Source: Verrucomicrobiota bacterium
GTDB lineage: Bacteria > Chlamydiota > Chlamydiia > Chlamydiales > JAEYWL01
DNA: 64,000 bases
Direction: 5' to 3'
Assembly (NCBI GenBank): GCA_023428915.1
Contig: JAEYWL010000062.1
Location: 18,274 to 82,273, forward strand
Below the pieces are notes generated by a model. It worked only from the letters and a program-made list of their open reading frames with translations. It had not been told where the DNA came from and did no database searches. Position numbers and translations under genes: made by a program. Of the stretch, positions 48,123 to 57,286 are shown piece by piece. Within the stretch, counting starts at the first letter, position 1; every line of letters begins with the position of its first letter.

Positions 48123-50687
48123 ATGGATGAGGACTTTTTAGACTATCAGGCCGAAATGCTAGCGGCCAAAATCAAGCACTATTTAATCACCACCATGAGC
48201 AAAACAAGTGATGAGGCGGATGACGAGGAATTCTACCGCGCCTTCTCTTATGCATTAAGGGAAGAAGTCATGATTAACTGGCTGGCCACCTATCGCACAA
48301 TTACTAAAGCAAAAGCGCGCACCATCTACTACCTCTCCATGGAGTACTTGCCCGGGCGCATTATGAGCAATAACTGCATCAACATTGGCGCTATCGATAT
48401 TGTCCGGTTGGTCATGAATAAAATGAACCGCTCTTTCAACCGCATTATTTCCCGTGAACCAGATCCAGGCCTTGGCAATGGCGGTTTAGGCAGGCTGGCT
48501 TCCTGCCTTCTGGATTCATTAGCTACGCAGCAATACCCCGCAATGGCCTATGGCTTGCGCTACCAATATGGAATTTTTGAACAGCAAATCTGGGGCGGTG
48601 AACAAATCGAAGCTCCTGATGTTTGGCTGTTAAACGAGAACCCATGGGAATTCCGCAAAGATAATGGCCGAGTCTATGTTAAGTTAGGCGGCAAGGTTAA
48701 CCCTGCCACGAATATTCACGGCGATGAAATCTATTTTTTACAGGATTTCGAAGGAGTCGGGGCCTTGCCCTTTGACCTCCCGATTGTAGGCTATAATCGC
48801 GACCACAATTTTTCAGTCATATCACTGCGGCTTTGGACTACAAAGGAATCCCCTAGAAACTTCCAATTGCAGCGCTACAATGCCGGCAGGCTCGATCAAG
48901 CTGCTGAAAATACTGCCTTGACCGATGTTCTCTACCCTAGCGATCACCATGAGACCGGTAAGCGCATCCGCCTCAAGCAAGAATACTTACTAGTATCAGC
49001 TTCTTTGCAAGACATCATCCGTAATTATCTGCGCAATCATGAAAACTTTAGAGGCTTCGCCGATAAAGTACGCATCCAAATCAACGACACCCACCCCGCC
49101 CTGGTAATCCCCGAGCTAATCCGGCTGCTGACTAAAGACTACGATTTGCCCTGGAAAACTGCGGTTGAAATGACGCAAACATGTGTAGGTTATACTAACC
49201 ACACAGTGTTGGCAGAAGCACTGGAACAATGGGATCAAAACCTGTTTCAATACCTTTTGCCGCGGCAATACAAAATCATCGAACGCCTGAATTTAGAGTT
49301 TTGCAATGCTGTCAGGGCTAAAAACCCTGGCAATGAAGAGCTCATACGCAAGGTATCCATCCTTGAAAATGGGCAAGTGCGGATGGCCAATCTTGCCATT
49401 GTAGGTTCCCATAGTGTGAATGGCGTGGCGCAACTGCATTCAAAAATTTTGAAAGAGCGGGTATTTAAGGAGTATTACCAGCTCTTCCCTGAAAAATTTA
49501 ATAATGTGACTAACGGAGTGACCCAGCGCCGCTGGCTGCTGTTATGCAATCCTGAGCTGGCCCATTTTGTGACTAGGTTAATTGGAGATGGCTGGATAAC
49601 CGATTTTTCGCAAATAGCCAAGCTAAGAGAGCATGCAAAGAACCCGGCAAATCAAAAAGAATTTTTAGACATCAAGCGCAGAAACAAGCAGCGCCTAATT
49701 GATTTTATTAACCACACAAATAAAATCCGGGATAAGCATGGCGACATCATAAGCGACCCGCCGATCATAGATGATGACTCCCTATTCGACATGCAAATTA
49801 AGCGTATACACGAGTATAAACGGCAGCAGCTCAATTTGCTGCATATCATCATGCTTTACAACGAGATCTGTGAAAACCCCAAAACGGATCGCATTAAGCG
49901 CACCTTCTTCTTTGCAGGAAAAGCTGCAGCAGGTTATCTCGTGGCCAAGCAGATCATACAAGCTATTCAATGTGTCGCAAGACGCATCAACAAAGACCCT
50001 AAAGTGCACCACTTGCTGAAAGTCATTTTTGTAGAGAATTACAATGTGTCTAAAGCAGAAGTGATGATTCCAGCTGCAGATCTTTCTGAGCAGATTTCTA
50101 CGGCCGGAATGGAAGCTTCGGGCACCGGCAATATGAAATTGAGCATTAATGGCGCCCTGACAATCGGCACGGATGATGGCGCCAATATCGAAATGAAAGA
50201 AGAAGTCACGCCGGAATGGTGGCCTTTTACTTTTGGAGCCAGCGCAAGCGAAATTGCTGCCATGCAGGCTAGCCATAGCTATAATGCCTGGGAGATTTTA
50301 GCCAAGTACCCGGAAATTCGCAAAGCCTTAGAAATGCTAAGGGACCGGTCGTTTGCCCAGGATGACAACGAGCATCAAGCTCTTTCTAACGTCTACGATA
50401 AAATTATGAACGGAGTCTATGGCGAACCGGCAGACAGGTATTTTGTGCTGTATGACTTGCCCGCCTATTATGAAACCCATAAACGGGTGGAAAAACTTTA
50501 CCAGGACCCGTTAAAGTGGGCTGAATACGCCATTCACAACATGACAATGGCCAGATTTTCCACTGACCGCTCTATCCACGACTACGCAAAACTCATTTGG
50601 GGCATCGAACCATGCCCTCCTGATGAGGAAATATTAGAACGCGTCCGTCAGGAATACAGCGAGCATGATAAGTGCCGTATTTATTAA
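48123..50687 (+). CDS. glgP: glycogen/maltodextrin phosphorylase
   Basis: GNGGLGRLA, the PLP-lysine region EASGTGNMKLSINGALTIGTDDGANIEM, and TNHT. ATG 48123 is preferred over the TTG at 48093. Confidence 0.95.
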   Translation: MDEDFLDYQAEMLAAKIKHYLITTMSKTSDEADDEEFYRAFSYALREEVMINWLATYRTITKAKARTIYYLSMEYLPGRIMSNNCINIGAIDIVRLVMNKMNRSFNRIISREPDPGLGNGGLGRLASCLLDSLATQQYPAMAYGLRYQYGIFEQQIWGGEQIEAPDVWLLNENPWEFRKDNGRVYVKLGGKVNPATNIHGDEIYFLQDFEGVGALPFDLPIVGYNRDHNFSVISLRLWTTKESPRNFQLQRYNAGRLDQAAENTALTDVLYPSDHHETGKRIRLKQEYLLVSASLQDIIRNYLRNHENFRGFADKVRIQINDTHPALVIPELIRLLTKDYDLPWKTAVEMTQTCVGYTNHTVLAEALEQWDQNLFQYLLPRQYKIIERLNLEFCNAVRAKNPGNEELIRKVSILENGQVRMANLAIVGSHSVNGVAQLHSKILKERVFKEYYQLFPEKFNNVTNGVTQRRWLLLCNPELAHFVTRLIGDGWITDFSQIAKLREHAKNPANQKEFLDIKRRNKQRLIDFINHTNKIRDKHGDIISDPPIIDDDSLFDMQIKRIHEYKRQQLNLLHIIMLYNEICENPKTDRIKRTFFFAGKAAAGYLVAKQIIQAIQCVARRINKDPKVHHLLKVIFVENYNVSKAEVMIPAADLSEQISTAGMEASGTGNMKLSINGALTIGTDDGANIEMKEEVTPEWWPFTFGASASEIAAMQASHSYNAWEILAKYPEIRKALEMLRDRSFAQDDNEHQALSNVYDKIMNGVYGEPADRYFVLYDLPAYYETHKRVEKLYQDPLKWAEYAIHNMTMARFSTDRSIHDYAKLIWGIEPCPPDEEILERVRQEYSEHDKCRIY

Positions 50688-50705
50688 TCTTGGGTTTAAA
50701 AAGGA

Positions 50706-51461
50706 TTATTTATTGGGATTATAGACATTCCATTTTTTCATCAAGTTGCTGTAGGAGCTTTCAGACATGGCCTGCTTTAAACCGGTATTGAATAGTTCGA
50801 TGAGTTTTTGGCCATTTTCTGTTTTCTTTGCCACCATGCGAAACCCCTCTTTAGTGAGGGGTTTGGAAGCTATCTTGAGTTGATTATTGAATATTGAGGG
50901 GATATAGATATGGGCAGCAAGCGGTCCCATAATCACCCCGTCAAGCTGGTAGTTACTCAGTTTTTCCAAGGCATCAAATACATTTTCATAAGGGAAAATC
51001 AATAGCGAAGGGTATTTTTCAACATCAAATACCATAGAAGTTCCCGTTTCAATCCCAACAGTTTTTCCATCCATTTCCTCGATTGAAGTTACAGGCGAAT
51101 CTTTGCGCACCACTAAAACCGGACCTAAAAACAGGTATACATCGGAAAAAACATATTTTTCTTCCAGCTGTCCTGTAGGGCGCATATCGGTTAACATGGC
51201 ATCATAAAACCCCTGGTCCAGCCCTTCGATCAAATTGGCTGTAGAAGAAGCCAGAAATTGCACGTAAAAGCCTTCTTTATCGGCAATTGTTACGATTAAT
51301 TCATCGCTAAAACCAAGCAGGTTTTTTTCACGGTCGGCTAACTGGTAGGTGTGGATGTCGATATCCCTGGCAATACGGTAGACATAGTTAGTCAAAGGCC
51401 TGGCACAGCTATAGATGCCGCATAGGAACAAGGCCAACAATAAAAACAGCTTTCTAGGCAT
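50706..51461 (-). CDS. amino-acid ABC-type substrate-binding lipoprotein (SBP family 3-like)
   Basis: Signal peptide with lipobox-like GIYSC. Bilobate SBP_bac_3-like pattern (DGKTVGIETGTS...). No transporter partner genes are adjacent. Confidence 0.55.
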   Translation of the reverse strand: MPRKLFLLLALFLCGIYSCARPLTNYVYRIARDIDIHTYQLADREKNLLGFSDELIVTIADKEGFYVQFLASSTANLIEGLDQGFYDAMLTDMRPTGQLEEKYVFSDVYLFLGPVLVVRKDSPVTSIEEMDGKTVGIETGTSMVFDVEKYPSLLIFPYENVFDALEKLSNYQLDGVIMGPLAAHIYIPSIFNNQLKIASKPLTKEGFRMVAKKTENGQKLIELFNTGLKQAMSESSYSNLMKKWNVYNPNK

Positions 51462-52641
51462 GAGACACTTCCCTATTATAACATTCTACCCACAGCCCAG
51501 CCATAGCCAAAAGCGGATTATTTCCTAAATGATTCTTAATTGGCATATTTTCTTCCCAATCTTCTTCAGCGAGTATACCTGCCGGATGATAATATTCCCA
51601 GATCGACCTGGTTTTTGCAAAATTTTCCATTGTCGCATTTATCGCTTTTTCCAATAACAGGCGCGCAGCAGCAAATCTGCCATATTGATAACAGCCTCTT
51701 GCAGCCCAGTAAGCTAGTGCATTGCACGCAGGCCCGCGCCAGGCACGCAATTCATGCTTCGGATCTTCTAAAGCTACGCTTGCTAAAGGATGGGCTGTTA
51801 AAAAACGGCGCGGGTTTAGCAAATGTTCGTTAATATAGGCATGCGCTTGCTGGGGAGATGCGGCCTTAGAGACGAGCGGCCAAATCGACTCGAAAGAATT
51901 GCAAGGAGCTTGCTGTCTTTCCACCCGCCATTCATCTTGAAACAAATGGCAAGCAGGGCAAAATAGTTTCGTTTGAATAAAGGTTTCTAACTGCTCCGCC
52001 CTTTCTTGCCATTCACACTCCTCTTGCCTATTTAAGCGCTTAGCCCAAAGAAATGCCATAGAATACAGAAGATGCAGATGGGCTGTGGCATCAAGACAGG
52101 CGCCTTCTTGCAAACTCTCGTCCGAATCAAAGCGTATTCCCTCCACAACCCCGCTCTCCCATACTCTATCCATGACATCTAAATAATAAAAGCCGGCTCC
52201 AATGCTGCGCTCTTGCTCGAACCAGCGAAGCTGCCTGCATAACTTTGGATAGCACTCTTCAAGGGTTTTTATTTGTTTAGCCTGCTGAAAATAGTCTTCA
52301 ACAAAAACACACCAGAGAGGCGGCGCAGAGCTTGTTTTGCTGGTGTGCAGCCGTCCATCAACACATGCCACCCAGCCTGGTATCAAACCGTCTGCTTGCT
52401 GCAATGAGAGCATATTGGCAATTTGCTGATAGCCGAAGGCAGGATCTATTGCAAGCCAATCAAGCGCAACCTGCACTGTTTCCAGATGGCCGAACAGTAT
52501 TTTTTTTTCCGCATAGGGCGCCGATTCCACCCAGCTATAAGGCAAAGGAGGGTAAGGAGGATGCACCGCATCCTTATGCAGGCTGGCGTGAAATGTCAAT
52601 AAGGGTTCCCATGCCCCTTTGCCTAGTTCTTTAAAAGACAT
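51454..52641 (-). CDS. (alpha/alpha)6-barrel glycoside hydrolase-like protein (GH63/GH37/MGH1-like)
   Basis: WESGVVEGIRFD and WRGPACNALAYW resemble the W-x-SG-x-D and WRGP-x-W signatures of GH63/trehalase-like enzymes. Located between glgP and glgC. Confidence 0.5.
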   Translation of the reverse strand: MSFKELGKGAWEPLLTFHASLHKDAVHPPYPPLPYSWVESAPYAEKKILFGHLETVQVALDWLAIDPAFGYQQIANMLSLQQADGLIPGWVACVDGRLHTSKTSSAPPLWCVFVEDYFQQAKQIKTLEECYPKLCRQLRWFEQERSIGAGFYYLDVMDRVWESGVVEGIRFDSDESLQEGACLDATAHLHLLYSMAFLWAKRLNRQEECEWQERAEQLETFIQTKLFCPACHLFQDEWRVERQQAPCNSFESIWPLVSKAASPQQAHAYINEHLLNPRRFLTAHPLASVALEDPKHELRAWRGPACNALAYWAARGCYQYGRFAAARLLLEKAINATMENFAKTRSIWEYYHPAGILAEEDWEENMPIKNHLGNNPLLAMAGLWVECYNREVSHA

Positions 52642-52738
52642 TTAAAATTCCGATTAACGCTTGCGGTAAATAAATAATTTACATTAGAGTACAAACATCT
52701 ATTCGTATAAAGAGTATATTGGTGTTGATCAAGATAAA

Positions 52739-54073
52739 ATGACGAGCTTACTACCCAACATAATTGAATCCAGTCCTAAAAAGCGTCTCAAAAAACCGAT
52801 AGAGATGAAACAGGTGGGGTGCGTTATCTTGGGGGGTGGACAAGGAACCCGTCTTTACCCATTGACTGCCTCGCGTTGTAAACCTGCCATTAGTTTTGGC
52901 GGCCGCTACCGCCTCATCGACATTCCCATATCCAACGCCATTAATTCCGGCTGCAAAAACATCTATATCATTACGCAGTTCCTCTCTGCATCACTGCATA
53001 AACACATTTTTAATACCTATCCGGCATCTTTCTACCAGGGCGGTTCAATTGAAATTTTATCTGCGGAGCAAAAAGTAACCACTGCCAGCTGGTTTCAAGG
53101 CCCGGCTGATGCAGTGCGGCAAAACTTAGAATATCTGCTGGAAACACCCGTCGAATACTTTCTTATACTTTCAGGCGACCAGCTATATAATATTGATTTT
53201 TGCCAGTTCGCCCAATTCGCCCAGGACACAGATGCCGACTTAGCGATAGCTTCTTTGCCTGTGGATGAAAATAACGCCAAGCGCATGGGAATCCTAAAGG
53301 TCGATAAACAATCTAAAATCATCGATTTTTTTGAAAAACCTCAAGAGAAAAAAGACCTCGATGCTTTTAAATCGCCGGCCTCTATCTTTAGTAAATGCAA
53401 TTTAATTCCAGGCACCAAAAAGCAATATCTCGGCTCAATGGGCATCTACCTGTTTAAAAAACAGGCTTTAGTCGACCTTTTAATGCAAGATACCCGTGAA
53501 GATTTCGGCAAGCATTTAATTCCAACCAAAGTCAGGCAGGGCCGCGCAGCGGCATTTTTATACGATGGATATTGGGAGGATATCGGGACTATCGAATCTT
53601 TTTACCATGCCAATATGGCCCTCACGCAATGCGATCCCGTATTTAATTTATATGACAATATATCCCCCATCTACACTAATTCGCTAAACTTGCCAGGCCC
53701 CAAAATCGCCAACGCCCATATCAGCCATTCCATTATCTGTGAAGGTTCTGTGGTGGAAGCGAATGAAGTTACAAATTCTATTTTAGGCCCCCGTTCAGTC
53801 ATCCACACCGGTTCTGAAATAAAAAATTCCTATTTAATGGGAAATGATTTTTACACTTCTCCAGTTAAAAAATGCCTGCCAAATGAGCCTTTTATCGGTA
53901 AGAATTGCAAGATTCACAGAACCATCGTTGATGAAAACGTCTGCATCGGCAATAATGTCCAGCTCATAAATAAACAGGGCCTGTCCCATTTTGACAGCGA
54001 AACTGTGTATATTCGCGAGGGGATCATCATTGTCACTCGCGGTGCACAGATCCCTGATGGATTTATCCTTTAA
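52739..54073 (+). CDS. glgC: glucose-1-phosphate adenylyltransferase
   Basis: GGGQGTRLYPLTASRCKPAISFGGRYRLIDIPISN N-terminal signature and a C-terminal left-handed beta-helix region. Confidence 0.9.
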   Translation: MTSLLPNIIESSPKKRLKKPIEMKQVGCVILGGGQGTRLYPLTASRCKPAISFGGRYRLIDIPISNAINSGCKNIYIITQFLSASLHKHIFNTYPASFYQGGSIEILSAEQKVTTASWFQGPADAVRQNLEYLLETPVEYFLILSGDQLYNIDFCQFAQFAQDTDADLAIASLPVDENNAKRMGILKVDKQSKIIDFFEKPQEKKDLDAFKSPASIFSKCNLIPGTKKQYLGSMGIYLFKKQALVDLLMQDTREDFGKHLIPTKVRQGRAAAFLYDGYWEDIGTIESFYHANMALTQCDPVFNLYDNISPIYTNSLNLPGPKIANAHISHSIICEGSVVEANEVTNSILGPRSVIHTGSEIKNSYLMGNDFYTSPVKKCLPNEPFIGKNCKIHRTIVDENVCIGNNVQLINKQGLSHFDSETVYIREGIIIVTRGAQIPDGFIL

Positions 54074-54087
54074 CCTCTTTAAGACTT

Positions 54088-54825
54088 ATGGCAATTTGGG
54101 CTATCGCCGACCTACACTTGTCCTTTGGCGTTCCTGATAAGGAAATGGACATTTTTGGCGCTCATTGGAAAAACCATCCGGAAAAAATCGCCGTCCATTG
54201 GAAAGAAATCGTAAAAGATGATGACTTAGTCCTTATTCCAGGCGATATCTCCTGGGCCTTGCGCCTTGCCGATGTACAAACTGACCTCGACTGGATCGGT
54301 TCTTTACCTGGCACTAAAGTGATGATCAAAGGCAATCACGACCTTTGGTGGCCTTCTCAAGCCAAACTACAGCAAGCGCTGCCTCCTTCCCTGCACGCCC
54401 TGCACAATAACGTCTTTTACTGGAAGGACTGGGCCATCGCCGGCAGCAGGCTATGGGACTCCAATGAATACAATTTTGACATCCTATTCCCCGATATGCC
54501 TGAAGAAGAAAACAATCCGCAAAAAACAGCTGAAAATGAAAAAATCTTTGTGCGCGAATTGCAGCGTTTGGAGCTAAGCTTAAAAGCGATCAAACCTCAA
54601 GTGCAAAAGCGCATTGCCATGACCCATTATCCGCCTATCGGCTTGGATCTAACCCCTTCACGTGTTTCTAAACTGCTGGAACAATACGGCATTAACTATT
54701 GCGTCTTTGGCCATATGCACAACGTGCCGCAAGACAAAGCCCCTTTCGGCAAAGCTAGAGGAATAGAATACCATCTAACCGCTGCCGACCACCTGGATTT
54801 CAAGCCCCTGCTGATCGTCGAATAA
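54088..54825 (+). CDS. calcineurin-like metallophosphoesterase
   Basis: ADLHL, GDISW, GNHDLWW and GHMH metal-binding motifs in canonical order. Confidence 0.8.
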   Translation: MAIWAIADLHLSFGVPDKEMDIFGAHWKNHPEKIAVHWKEIVKDDDLVLIPGDISWALRLADVQTDLDWIGSLPGTKVMIKGNHDLWWPSQAKLQQALPPSLHALHNNVFYWKDWAIAGSRLWDSNEYNFDILFPDMPEEENNPQKTAENEKIFVRELQRLELSLKAIKPQVQKRIAMTHYPPIGLDLTPSRVSKLLEQYGINYCVFGHMHNVPQDKAPFGKARGIEYHLTAADHLDFKPLLIVE

Positions 54826-54866
54826 AGCCCGAATTAGCGGCTTGTTTTTTTGGATAATGGAAAATA

Positions 54867-54910
54867 CTGGCGCTTAGTCTCTTAAGTCCTTAAAGTCCAT
54901 TTAAGCGCCT
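54867..54910. repeat. palindromic intergenic repeat element, short copy 4
   Basis: CTGGCGCTTAGTCTCTTAAGTCCTTAAAGTCCATTTAAGCGCC has GGCGCTTA/TAAGCGCC termini and a GTCC-rich interior. Lies 42 nt after the stop of 54088..54825. Confidence 0.7.
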
Positions 54911-54925
54911 TATTCTGATTTTAGG

Positions 54926-54955
54926 AAGGCCCCTTTAGACTGCTAAAGGGGCCTT
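54926..54955. terminator. bidirectional hairpin terminator between convergent genes
   Basis: AAGGCCCCTTTAG-actg-CTAAAGGGGCCTT is a perfect 13-bp GC-rich stem followed by TTTT. Confidence 0.7.
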
Positions 54956-54968
54956 TTAACCAGAATGG

Positions 54969-56981
54969 TTATCTGACTGGGCAGGCGCCGGTGGCGCAGG
55001 CGGCTTCCAGCTCATCATCGCAGAATTCGATGCCTGCATAATCGATTTCGCTTAAGCGGGAGACATACTCTTCATAAGCCTCTTTAGTGACGACTTCTTG
55101 CGGCAAGTAGGCATAGCCCAAGTCTTCTGCGTTTTTAGTGGGGTCGTTGCGGTAAAGGAAGGACACGCCTACATAGGAATCCCAATTTGCTTCCAGCCAA
55201 TCAATAATGGCCGGCACTTCAGAAGGATCATACGAGACTGTATTGGATACGTTTTGCTCGCTCCATGTTTCTTGCAGCAGTCTGTAGCGCTCTAACTGAG
55301 TCACCGCAGCCTCCTGGTTCACTTCCACTTCTTCTTTTTTGCCATTTTTACGGGTCACTGTCGTGCAGGTGAACGGCACGTTGTCGTACTTCACCGGAAA
55401 CTTCACCAATACCGATTCCGGCTCGTAAGGCTTATCGATTACGGCATAACCGGCTGCTTTAAAACGGGCCACTAATGGATCGTGCTTGGAGTAAGTAATA
55501 TTGTTAAATATGTACTTACCTAAAGGCATGTGGATCCCCTCAGGCACCTCACCCCATTGCTCTGTCCCCATAATCTTGCTAATGGTGCCGCTGGGCTTAA
55601 TGCAAGTCACGTTTTTAGGCAGCGGGGCATTCAGCTCATTGGCCATGCTGTAAGCTGCGCTGACAGTAATGTTGCGCATCCTCTTGTAATCATAAGCGCG
55701 CAGTTCCGGGCGGGCCGCTACGCCGGTTAGTCCGACACCGCAAAGGTGCAGGAAGTCATTGTTCAAGTGCCAGGCTTCTTGCAGGATTTCATCGCGCAAA
55801 TCGACCATGGTTTGGCGGTAGTTCATGCGGCCGGCTAAGTATAGGGCGCGTTCCAGGCCTACTTTATCGCCTCTGAAGGCCAATAAGTTGACCTCAGTTA
55901 GATTGCAGAAGCTCTTATTGCCCAGCAAAATTTCCACGCAAGGGTTGCAGCCTTTAAACCAAGGGGCGCGGCGCTCCGCTTCCTGAGCGTTAATGCAGCC
56001 GGGCTCGGAACCGCCGGCCTCAAGCATAATTTGGAACAGCTTTTCTAATTCGTCTCTGGAAGGCTTATTGTAGAATAACAGGCTATTGTTGGACTGTTGG
56101 CGGTGCGCATTATCCTTTAACCACCACTCTTTTTTAGCTAAAGCAAAATCTTCCCATTCCGGCTGTCCATATTCAAATAAGGCAATCTGAGCCGAACGGC
56201 GGCTTGAAAGCACTGTACCCAGCCAGTTGACGATATCCAAAATATCGACACGGCTAAGCAGCTGATCGGCGCGATCGGATAAAATTTTTGCAATCGCCTT
56301 AAAAGCTTTTGCTATTTGCTCATCGCCTGAGCAGATCCACCCATAACCTTTTAAGCGAATGCCTGCCGGGCGAATTTCAGAAAAATCTAATACTAAAGTG
56401 CGGGCAGGGAACTTTCCGGCAATTAACTTGCCGAGGGCTTTGGCCCAAGCCACTGCTGAATCGCCGACTTTAATCGTCCAGGTTTCAGTTTCAGAGTTGT
56501 AAGTTTCAATGTTGTGGGTGCAGCCCCCTTTTTCCTGCCGGTTGGAGCGGATCACTTTAATTTCTTGCAAAGGCCTTCTAAATCCATTCAAAGTCCCTGT
56601 AATAGGTCTGAATCCGACACCGCACCCTTGAAGCAACAACCAAAGAGCATCAACTAAATCGTATACGGTTTCAATATGAGTGTAAGCGCAGTTAAACATG
56701 CTGGATTCGCGAATGCGGCTAAGCTCTGTACCGCCTAACCATAATGTACGGCCGGCAGGTGCTATATATCTTCCGGTGATCAGCCTTCTGATCTCTTCAA
56801 GCTCTGCAAGTTCCTTTTCAATAAGACCTCTTCCTAAAGCTCTTTCCCATAACCAGCGCTGGTGGCTGACCACACGGTCTACCACTTGATCCCAGCTTTC
56901 TAGTAAGGTACTGCCTTCACGAATTGGACGATGATAGGTTCTAAGCGAAGTGGCCATGGCCCGCGAAGTAGGTCTTGTCAT
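54969..56981 (-). CDS. nrdJ: class II (adenosylcobalamin-dependent) ribonucleotide reductase, monomeric RTPR-like
   Basis: RNR barrel motifs SSMFNCAY, GCNPCVEILL (thiyl-radical Cys loop) and IKPSGTISK, plus a C-terminal redox Cys pair CATGAC. No adjacent beta-subunit gene. Confidence 0.75.
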   Translation of the reverse strand: MTRPTSRAMATSLRTYHRPIREGSTLLESWDQVVDRVVSHQRWLWERALGRGLIEKELAELEEIRRLITGRYIAPAGRTLWLGGTELSRIRESSMFNCAYTHIETVYDLVDALWLLLQGCGVGFRPITGTLNGFRRPLQEIKVIRSNRQEKGGCTHNIETYNSETETWTIKVGDSAVAWAKALGKLIAGKFPARTLVLDFSEIRPAGIRLKGYGWICSGDEQIAKAFKAIAKILSDRADQLLSRVDILDIVNWLGTVLSSRRSAQIALFEYGQPEWEDFALAKKEWWLKDNAHRQQSNNSLLFYNKPSRDELEKLFQIMLEAGGSEPGCINAQEAERRAPWFKGCNPCVEILLGNKSFCNLTEVNLLAFRGDKVGLERALYLAGRMNYRQTMVDLRDEILQEAWHLNNDFLHLCGVGLTGVAARPELRAYDYKRMRNITVSAAYSMANELNAPLPKNVTCIKPSGTISKIMGTEQWGEVPEGIHMPLGKYIFNNITYSKHDPLVARFKAAGYAVIDKPYEPESVLVKFPVKYDNVPFTCTTVTRKNGKKEEVEVNQEAAVTQLERYRLLQETWSEQNVSNTVSYDPSEVPAIIDWLEANWDSYVGVSFLYRNDPTKNAEDLGYAYLPQEVVTKEAYEEYVSRLSEIDYAGIEFCDDELEAACATGACPVR

Positions 56982-57036
56982 GATTACTTTTTTCCCCCAA
57001 TGATACTTAAATTATAGCATGCTAACGATTTGAAAA

Positions 57037-57084
57037 ACACAAGATATGGTATTTTCTTTGCCAAAAAAACACAACCTGTTGTGT
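57037..57084 (-). promoter_or_regulatory. two NrdR-box-like 16-bp palindromes upstream of nrdJ
   Basis: ACACAAGATATGGTAT (57037..57052) and ACACAACCTGTTGTGT (57069..57084; the extended 18-bp AACACAAC-CT-GTTGTGTT is a perfect inverted repeat). Centres are 32 bp apart, 56-100 bp upstream of the start codon. Confidence 0.55.
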
Positions 57085-57286
57085 TAGGTCGCTTATGATA
57101 TCGTTTTTTCTCCAATTAAAGTCAACGGAGAAAAAAGCGCAAATTGGCTAACCAATTAACGTTGAGAAGACTAAAAAATTCTGCTGAAAAAACGAAATTT
57201 TTCTCTCTCTGCTTTCCCTTTATATTTTCTTAACACTGATTATTTATAATCATTATATTAATTTTTTTTACACGCGAGATTTAATC

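Noticed and set aside
49782-50276. 164-aa minus-strand ORF
   Set aside because: Antisense to the PLP-binding region of glgP, so it is a shadow frame.
56982-57286. Possible cobalamin riboswitch in the nrdJ leader
   Set aside because: I could not find a B12-box-like element or the expected conserved helices on the minus strand. The palindromes present fit NrdR operators better.
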